DNA of 63,942 nucleotides, filler included, from Craspedostauros australis (Eukaryota), in NCBI GenBank assembly GCA_030167865.1. It is 11 parts of 11 records of this genome, joined end to end, with 100 filler letters (N's around TTAATTAATTAA, not from the genome) between each part and the next. Parts side by side here need not be neighbours in the genome. Positions count along the whole stretch, not along the records: positions 55,309 to 57,723 come from JALAGF010002789.1; positions 57,824 to 62,463 come from JALAGF010002790.1; positions 62,564 to 63,942 come from JALAGF010002791.1; 8 more parts are not named here. One strand, given 5' to 3'. The notes below the pieces were generated by a model that saw only the letters and a list, made by a program, of their open reading frames with translations, was not told the origin of the DNA and did not search any database. A program made the translations under genes and the position numbers. The number at the start of each line of letters is the position of its first letter. The stretch's first letter is position 1. This document shows positions 55,309-63,942 of this stretch, piece after piece.

Positions 55309-57723
55309 CATGGTTGTGGGTAGGAATACGTCGTCCAAACGTCCCAAAGAGGACAAGGACGATTCTTACCAACCACCAGCGACATCCGGCACAGCCAATG
55401 ACCAGACCAACAACAGTCGCCAAGCTGGTATCGGCAGCATGATGTCGCGTCGCAACCAACAAGGCCAATCCTGACCAATCCGCGATCAACAGCGACAAGT
55501 GACATCTGTTGGTCAATCGTTATCGTCGGATACTCCACGCGCCGAACTCGACTCACACGCCGACACCTGTTGCTTTGGTGATACGGCCTACATCGTGCAT
55601 ACAACCAATCAGACAGTCACCGCGACCCCTTTCATCGACTCACTAGGGAAAGTCAACAACGTGCCCATCGTCACCGCCGCGATAGCATATGACGACCCCA
55701 TTACATATCAAACATTCATTCTTTTCTTTCCACAATCGATCTACTTTCCTTGTCTTGTGAATCCGTTATTGTGCCCGAACCAAATGCGAGCTGCAGGCAT
55801 AGTTGTTAATGATGTTCCATTACTCATGTTACATGAGAATGAACGGAAACCGGAAAACCACTCTGTGGTCGTGTCCGACAACGACCTGCACATCCCATTA
55901 CGGTTACAGGGTACCATCTCCTATTTCCATACCAGGAAACCGACACAACAAGAAGTCCAGTCGGATCGAGACTGTATCCATGTGTTCATGACACAGGATG
56001 CTGTATGGGACCCAGAACAGTGGTCCTCAGGGGACGATGAGGATGCGCTACGAGCATCCATGCAACCCATATCATATATGTCATCCAACATCAACGTGAA
56101 GGGTATCCGTTCCATTCGTGGTACCAACACATCCAACCGAAGACCGACGATTCAACCAGACGTCCTCGCAAAACGATGGCGTATTGGTGTCGACGCTGCG
56201 ACACGCACACTACAAGCGACCACACAATTGGCAACACGTGATTTTCAGCATACATCAGGCACACGACGGCTCAATCCGTACACTGCCCAGCTGCGATATC
56301 GTCGTCTCAACACGCAGCTATACGCTGACACCATGCATGCCAAAACCAAATCCATCCGTGGCAACAAGTTTGCATTGATCTACTGTACTCCGTTTCACTG
56401 GGTCCGAGTATACCCTGTGGCGGAGCGCAAGCAAGCGCATCTAACACTTGACGAATTGTTTCGCAACCATGGCATTCCGCACACACTCATTCCGGACAAC
56501 GCAAAGGAGCTCGTTGCAGGAGAGTTCCGACGCAAACTACAAAGAGCACAGGTATCCATACGCCCCATCGAAGCGTACATTCACAATCAGAACAAGGCTG
56601 AGGCCACAATCCGCGAACTACGTCGCCATTACCGTCGCCTGATGACGTCCACCAATACACCTGAATACCTCTGGGACTATTGTCTCGAGTACTGTGCAGA
56701 GATTCGTAGCCACACCGCACTCTCCATCCATGAGCTACACGGCGAGACACCGGCAACAATCCTATCCGGTGACACAGCCGACATCTCACACATCGCTGAG
56801 TTTGGATGGTTCGATTTCGTGTGGTATATCAACCCACAAGACATGGCGATGAACGTCAAGCAACTCGGTCGATACTTGGGGCCAAGCCATTCTGTTGGCG
56901 AGGCCATGTGCTCGTATATCCTCACCGCCAATGGCATTGTTGTTTCTAAATCCTCTGTACTACCTCTCTCACATGATGACACCAACAACGAAGTCCTCGA
57001 ACACAAACGCACCGAATTCATGAACACGTTACGGTCCAAATGGAACAAACGCATGGAAGGCGTCGTGATCGAAGATGACGGTGACGATGTCGATGACACG
57101 GCCGAGAACATCGCATTCCTGCAACATACCGCGCCACTGGAATCCATCATGGAGCCAGACAACGTATCCAGCGAAGCGTTTGACAAATACATCACAACGA
57201 AAGTCCTGCTGCCAACAGGGGACGAAATGCAGTACGGCACCGTCAAGAAACGCAAACGCGATGCTGACGGTCAGCTCCTTGGACATTCTCACACCAACCC
57301 AATGCTTGATACTGCTCAGTACGAAGTCGAGTTCCTCGACGGACACCATGAAGTGTTCAGCGCGAACCAAATCGCTGAGAACGTATATGCTCGTGTGGAT
57401 GACGATGGATATTCAACCATGTTGATGGATGAGATTGTTGATCATCAACGTTTGCCTTCTGTTGCTTCTCCTTCTGCTCACTCTAAATCCACGAAAGGCT
57501 GGAAGCTGTGTATCCGTTGGAAGGACGGGTCAACATCATGGATCCATCTCCGTGATGCCAAGGAAGCAGATCCTGTCCGTGTCGCAGAATACGCAGAAGC
57601 CAACCGACTCACCAATGAACCTGCCTTCAAGTGGTGGGTACCCTACACACTACGAAAACGACAACGTATCATCCAATCCATCAAACGACGGCGCGTCCGA
57701 AAGAACGAAATGTTCGGTGTCGA
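55309..57723 (+). mobile_element. Ty1/copia (CoDi-type) fragment: probable gag C-terminus, in-frame TGA 55472-55474, protease, integrase, chromodomain-like module
   Basis: Protease ELDSHADTCC, LLCPNQMR. Integrase LYADTM, IPDNAKE, NQNKAEATIRE, LWDYC, GRYLGPS. Then EIVDH..TKGWKLCIRWKDGSTSW..EPAFKWW. Confidence 0.92.
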
Positions 57724-57823
57724 NNNNNNNNNNNNNNNNNNNNNNNNNNNNNNNNNNNNNNNNNNNNTTAATTAATTAANNNNNNNNNNNNNNNNNNNNN
57801 NNNNNNNNNNNNNNNNNNNNNNN

Positions 57824-57909
57824 CGTCCAAGTGCGTATGAGAGAATAACGGGTGAACGATGCACATATACACATACATCTTGACATATACTCACATGTAC
57901 ATCTCGATA
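57824..57909 (-). mobile_element. LTR start (same family as 17192-17271) inserted into the non-LTR ORF
   Basis: Reverse complement TATCGAGATGTACATGTGAGTATATGTCAAGATG...CATACGCACT matches 17192-17271. Confidence 0.75.
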
Positions 57910-60900
57910 AATCCTTACATGTTGTAGCATGGACCTGGCAAGTCCTCCCTGCTTGTCAATGTGCTGCGCAAGCGTCTGGGCCGGCTGCAGCCGCAGCACC
58001 TGTCCCAGGGAGAGTACTACCGTGGTTCCTCGATGGTGCAGCACGTCTGCAACAGCATCCCCTGGCAGCTTGCGGCATCGATACTCGGCGTGGCGAATTG
58101 GCTGCAGCTGCTGCCCCCGCTGGTGCCGCTGGAGCTGGTCCACGGAGTTCTGCTGTATACTGAACCGACGCAGCACCTGCCAGGGCCCCAACGGTTTGGC
58201 CAGCATTGCCCCAGGTCGATCTTTTGCCAGCAGGACCAGAACCAGGTTGTCCCAAGCTTCCCAGGATGCTTTTGACGGGGGCACCGCGTTTGGCCATGGC
58301 TTGTCATCTTCTTCGCGCGAAGCCGGGACATGGCGAAGCACATTGGGATGGATGCTTGTTCCGGCGGCGTCGCATATATCGGATAGCCAGAGGGCCTGGA
58401 GGTGCACTCGGACTGCGTTGGCCTTGCGAAGCTCCGCGGCATCATTTGTGGCTCCAATGAACAGCTCCATGATTGGAATGTCTCCGACGCGCGGAAGTGT
58501 GATTCCCGGCGACGCCTGAACCATGCGCAGCTTCGATTGCTCCATCATTGCAAAGGTATGCGACCACCACGTGCTGTGCGTCCATTTCCTCCACACGTGA
58601 AGGTGCTGCTGGAACCGATTTGGAATCCCCGACCATAATTGGAGCTGCAAGAGGGCCGCCCGTAGCAGCTTGCCCGAGGTCGTGTCTGCCTCAAAGTGGC
58701 GCCACACCATTTCCAGGTGCGCCTTGCACTGTAGCGTGTACAGGTGGGGGATGCCCATTCCATTAAGTCGCTTGGGGCCATGTACATACTGCCTTGCGAT
58801 GGTGCGCGCGACACCCATGTGGGGAAGCGCCGTCATGAGCGCTGGCCGCATAACGCTCTTGCACTGGGCCTGCGTGAGCGTGGTTGCCGCCAAGGTGTAC
58901 GTAAGTGCCGGCCATAGTACTGCCTTGAGAGCAATCTCCGTGTCCTGTTTCGATATCCGAGCTGTCTGGATATGGTCTGCCCAGGCCGAGGCTTTCTGAC
59001 AAAGGTACTCCGCATGGTCTCTCTGGTACCCATCCCTGCGAGACATCATTCCGAGGTACTTGCTGGCCTCATCGACGGCCTTGCGCTGCAGGGCTTGGCT
59101 GCTGCCACCTGAGAGCTGCATGCGAATCGCCCCAGGTTCCGATCTCTTGTCGTATTGCCACCGACTGTTGTCCCACTTGAACCGCACCAACTGCCAGAAG
59201 CTTTTCTCTGGCGCAAGGCACCCGCCCGATGCCGCCAGCATGCTCTCCCAGGAGGACACCACTTTCTGGAATTCGCGGGCTTGCGATAGAGCATTCGGGC
59301 TGTCGAGCGAATGAATAAGATTCGTGTCGTCGACATACGCGAAACATACCACAGAGTGCTGATGCCGCTTTGTCTCGCCGAAGCGGAACCCGTAGCCTTT
59401 GGACCGCATGCGGTCGATCAGCGCAGAGCTAATCATGAGCCAGCCTGTTGGGGCTGCCCCCAAACCTTGCACCAAGCCTTGAATTGGCCTGGGGAGGCCT
59501 TCACCGGAGTAACTGGCGTTCGAAATGCCGGACCCCATGCTGATACGGTGCTCCATCCGCTGGATCGTTCGCAGCACACTGTCGATTGGTTGCTTGGGAA
59601 CCCCTTGGCGGCGCATGGCCATACCAAACGCTGGATGCGAGATCCTGTCGTAGCACCCTTTAGCATCGTTGGAGCATATGGCGGCAGCCTTGCCTGAGAT
59701 ACGCATGATGTCGTTGGTCATGCACACGTTGAGGAGGACTTCCTGGGCCGAATGTTGGCATCGGCTGCCATACTGATCCGCCGCGATAGTGCCGTTGGCC
59801 TCGGCGTGGCTCCGTGCAGATCGGCCGAGCTGCCTAGTGTTCATATTGAAATCCCCTTCCATTAGCCCAATGGTTCGTGTCTTGGATACGGAGAGGTTGC
59901 CTGGCTGTTTGCGTAGCTGTATGTCGGTGCATTGCTGCCACCGCTTCAAGCTGTACCCGGTGCAATACGGGACAGATCGCATGATGGCATCAATTGCCGC
60001 CAGCTGCGGGAGTCTGACGTTCGCTTTCCAGCATCCAAAGTGAAGGCCTGACAGTCCTGAAGAAGTGCGCTCTTTGATCTTCCCCCATCCCTCGATGTGG
60101 CTTTCCGTCGTGATCACGGTGTCTGCGGCGGCCCACGGCGAGGCATTGGATGGCTGGCCAAGGGCTCGGAGCAGCTCGGCTGTTCCTGGTTGCACCTGTG
60201 ATGGCACCAGACCCCGTACTACGGCATCGGCCGCTGCTGACGTGCCAAACTTGCCCAGCAGACCTCCCAACCCTGGCTGACCAAGCTCGGATGACCATGC
60301 CTGCTGGTACTTTGCGATGTTGGTAGCACAGCACGCGCCTGTCACTTCCTCCGCCTTCGTCAGAACTTGCCCTCTACCTCCTGGCCCATCATGCACTACC
60401 ATGCTGACCTGGGAGTCGAGGGTGGTGCCCGATAGTGCGTGGCGAATGCGCCGGTAGGTCGCCCGAGTTTCCTCTCGTTCTGACAGCTGCTGCCTGTGTT
60501 TGCCTGGGTCGCCGCCGCTGTGGTGTACGAAGTCTTCGTTGGATCTGAGGAAGTCCGTTCTGTGCTGGGCTGCTGACTTCTTCTCCTCCTTGAGGTGCGC
60601 CCAGGCCTTATTTCGTGCCGCTGTCATGTCGGCAATGCTCATGGATCGGGTGCGCACGTGGTCCAGACCTGCTTTCGTCTTGAGCTTGTCGATCGTGGAG
60701 CCTTTGATCTTGTGGCCGGACCTACGTCGGATAGACTCTGTCCAAAATTGGTGGGCTTTTTGGATTTGACCAACCAGAGGAGAGTACGGCACTTTGCCCA
60801 TGCGGACTTTCCGGCAGGACTTTTCAGCCCGTAACATAGCCTTCGCTCTGCCTGCATCGATACTCTCGATGGCCTTCACTTGCTCTGCCGTCAGCGGCGC

Positions 60901-61824
60901 CCCAGTTACTCCTGCCTCGAGTTCACGGGCTCTCTCCAACAGATTGAGCCGGCTTGCTGCCTCTGCATATGACTCCAGGTACCGGTTGACGGTAGCCGGG
61001 CATTGAAGCTGGAGCCGCCTGCCACGGAACGGCTGCGACGGGCTCCGGCCTCGCCCCATGAGTTGCTGCGTCGAGTAGTCCACCCAAACCATGCGATGAT
61101 CCCACCGGCCATAGGGGGTAGCACCAGACTGGGTGGCAACCGCCTCCTGGGTGGACCAGACTCCGTCGATCTGAATGCTGCTGCGATTGCGGATGTGAGT
61201 GGCTGCTGGCGTGGGGTGTTGTGTGGAGAGTACCTCCGACAACCCCTCATCGGCGAGCATGGAGCTCATGCGTGATTTCCTCACGTCCATGTTCACATCT
61301 CCTCCCAATATGACCGTTTCTCCGGCTTGGCGCCACTGGTGGACTTGGCATTGCAGCTCTTGGATGTGAAGGTCCATGGGTTCGCCGTCCAGACCGGCTG
61401 CGGCTGCGTTGGAAGCCTGCTGATTGTACACGGTGCCCGGCGTCTTGGTAGATTTGTTGGCCACGTACGTCGCCACAAGTTGGATCTTGATGGGGCCTTT
61501 GCCCTGTAGAAGCACACTGACCCACCTGCCCCAGTTGTGCACGTCCCTCTCACTGTGCAAGACGCGTCCTCTGGAGTCGCCCTTGATAAGGATTGCGGTC
61601 CCTCCCCATTGGCGCACTCGAAGGGGGTTGACTTGGTTGTGCGACGTGATGGTTCGGGATTGGGGTATGTGCCGTTGGACCAGCTCGTGTAGCCTTTTGT
61701 GTCTGGGCACTTTGCTCCAGCAGATCCCCACCTCTGTCATCAGCAGGATGTCGACGTTGTGCTTGCTTATGGTCTCCCAGAGGTCCTGATATTTTGGGTC
61801 TGTGTCGTCGGTGGAAAGGCCGCC
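57910..61824 (-). mobile_element. Non-LTR retrotransposon ORF (APE endonuclease + reverse transcriptase; Ambal-like), truncated at both ends by LTR sequences
   Basis: APE: DILLMTEVG, GGTAI, GRWV, ILGGDVN, IDGVW, DHRMVWVD. RT: QYGSR, SNDAKGCYDRI, QGLVQGLG, FAYVDDT, LAPEKSFW, KYLG. About 1300 uninterrupted codons. Confidence 0.93.
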
Positions 61825-62463
61825 TGTCAGGAATCGGGTGTCATGAAACGCGTGATTGCCGCACCTCCCAAGAGTGAGAAGACAAGTGCCATAAAACACT
61901 ATATTACCGCACCTCCCACTATGACATTGTGAACGCAAAAATGTGAGGTACATGACAGGGCGAATGGTATCCTGAGACGAATGGTGAATGGCAAGTGTGG
62001 ATCGGATGATGACTGTGAAGGGTAATGCAATCATCCAATACACAGTTGCATGTCACACGGGGCTGGAATGATGCACTCGTGACCACCATCAGGTACAAGC
62101 GAATACAGCCCTCATGTAATGACGAACAAGGAACCGAGGAGTCGGAATATCCCATTACCACGAAGTACAAAAAGGATCGTGAGAGAACCCTCCGGTGATA
62201 ATGGATGAAGCTGGTAACGAACCAGCGAAGTGAATGTGATAAGGGATGGCTGCCTCAACACGAGACATCGTGTGAGAAATTGTGAGAACAACGGTTCAAC
62301 CGTGAGAACAGTTGTGTCTCTTGTGTTTTGTGAAAAACTCGAAAGATGACGATCCGACCGAGTGAATCGAATCGGTGAAGCCTGTGAATCAACCATGTCT
62401 ACGATGATGAATCTATCAGAGGAAAGACAGGGTGAATTCACGAGATGGGCAACCTTGCAAGAT
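61825..62463 (+). mobile_element. Long LTR (5' part) of a copia element inserted into the APE domain of the non-LTR element
   Basis: Starts TGTCAGGAATCGGG at the point where APE similarity stops. Its last 18 nt (TGGGCAACCTTGCAAGAT) match the reverse complement of 63925-63942, which lies in the LTR upstream of gag. Confidence 0.65.
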
Positions 62464-62563
62464 NNNNNNNNNNNNNNNNNNNNNNNNNNNNNNNNNNNNN
62501 NNNNNNNTTAATTAATTAANNNNNNNNNNNNNNNNNNNNNNNNNNNNNNNNNNNNNNNNNNNN

Positions 62564-63700
62564 GATTTCGACGAAGTCTCCGTCCGCGATGATGAGCGCC
62601 ATATCATCCATCGCGTCGTCGCCATCCATTGCCACATTGGCACTTTCGGCGTCTTTCATCGCTGCTTTCAGCTTAAAGCATTGAAGGATCTTGTGCCCTG
62701 CCTTTCCGCAGTAGTTGCACTTGCCGTCGAACTGCACCTTCTTGAGTCCGCCTTTGGCGTTGGTGTTGTGGCCTTGTTTCTTGGCACCACCGCCTCTCTT
62801 GTTGTTGTTGCCTCCCTTGGCTGGCGCACGACAGTCCGCCTTCTTGTGCCCGTAGGCGCCACAGTTGCGACAGTTTCCCTTGAACTGGCCAACTCCAATC
62901 AGTGCGAACTCTTCGCTACCGTTGTTGCCTGCGCGCTTATAACCATGTTTGAGATGGTGGCGGTCGTAGGTGAGGCTCACGGCTTNNNNNNNNNNNNNNN
63001 NNNNNNNNNNNNNNNNNNNNNNNAGGAACTTGAGTTCGAGCAACTTCACATCCATCTCGTACTCGCGGCCGAGTGCGTTGAGGACGAGCATGTTGAATTG
63101 CTCCACATCGACGATCACCTTCAGGTCGATCAGCCGGTTTCGAAGGACCTCCATGTCCGTCAGGAAGAGATCCGGATTCTCTCCCTTCTTCAGCCGCATC
63201 CCGTTGAGCTCTGATAGCAACTTTGCCTTCATAGGCGCAGTTCGCTGCTCATAGATGCGCTCAAGAGCCACCCAAGCTGCACGAGGGTCTCCTCCCCCGT
63301 TCAGCATGCTCTTGCATCCCCACACCGCCTCGAAGGCAACTTTGCCTTCCTTCGAATCATGGCTNNNNGCCAAGGTCAGTTCTTCGTAGGCGTACTTCGC
63401 CATCGCTTCCTTGTACTCGGCCAGGTCCGCAGCGCTTGGCTTGGCGCTTGCCTTGCCGCTCGCTTTGGTGCCGGGTTTGAGCTTGGTACCTGCCTCGGTC
63501 TTGATGGTTGGGACCAGGCCTTTGGTAACCTCAGAAGGAGCTTTCACTTCCACCTCAGAGTAGGCCATCAAGAACATGTCTCTGTAACCCTTGCGGTTAG
63601 CACGAGAGAGGAACTTGGCCAGCCAGAACTTCCAGTTCTCCTTCTTGCCGTCGAAGTAGACCACCGGGAGGCGGTCAGTTTTGGCGTTGATGGTACTCAT
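62564..63700 (-). mobile_element. Ty1/copia gag (UBN2-like capsid region + two CCHC zinc knuckles), truncated
   Basis: FDGKKENWKFWLAKF, AWVALERIYE, VLNALGREYE, CRNCGAYGHKKADC, CNYCGKAGHKILQC. Confidence 0.9.
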
Positions 63701-63772
63701 GATGTTGATGGTGGATGATGGCTTGATGGTGCGGGGTGAAACGTAGGATTTCAATCTAAACGTTTCGAAACG

Positions 63773-63942
63773 TGTTGGAAATCCGGGGTGGTGTTAGTAG
63801 TAGGAGACTAATCGTTATTAGAATCTACTCTTTCGAACTGTGAGCTCTTCATTGCTCCTTCATCTTGATGATCGATCTCCTGCTGCAATCCTCATGGTTG
63901 CATCTGTTGATCTACCATGCATTCATCTTGCAAGGTTGCCCA
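63773..63942 (-). mobile_element. 3' part of the 5' LTR of the gag-bearing copia element
   Basis: Ends ...CCCCGGATTTCCAACA on the minus strand, 72 nt before the gag ATG. This end is an imperfect inverted repeat of the TGTCAGGAATCGGG LTR start at 61825. Confidence 0.65.

Noticed and set aside
1168..62563. Recurrent TTAATTAATTAA motif and ORFs ending in ...LIN or running through X
   Set aside because: Artificial six-frame-stop spacers between contigs. Not biological, and no synteny can be inferred across them.

Overview
Eukaryotic, most likely diatom/stramenopile, draft-genome DNA. Support: GT-AG introns, CoDi-type Ty1/copia elements, a plastid-targeted fibrillin and diatom-type hypothetical protein families. 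The window is not contiguous. It is 11 contigs joined by ten artificial 100-nt spacers (N44-TTAATTAATTAA-N44), so adjacency across spacers means nothing. Host genes include glycerol-3-phosphate dehydrogenase, a class-3 lipase, a dual-specificity phosphatase, an LRR protein, MATH-BTB and BTB proteins, tRNA-Gln(UUG), a putative ML-domain membrane protein, CRAL-TRIO, fibrillin, a methyltransferase with a MYND-like finger, a GT8, a STAND-like AAA ATPase, a thioredoxin-cNMP-EF-hand protein, a RING-H2 ligase and an ankyrin protein. Most contig ends are transposon-derived: piggyBac, copia gag/pol fragments and LTRs, an APE-RT non-LTR element and a 3-copy non-autonomous element. Best leads: (1) an ankyrin array whose near-identical 102-bp repeats vary mostly at binding-surface codons, like a natural DARPin library; (2) a transposon end fused in frame to a thioredoxin exon; (3) copia oddities, namely an in-frame UGA between gag and pol, PDZ-like and chromodomain-like modules, a miniature LTR element and a palindrome where a PBS is expected. 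All family assignments come from motif recognition by eye; no searches were run.
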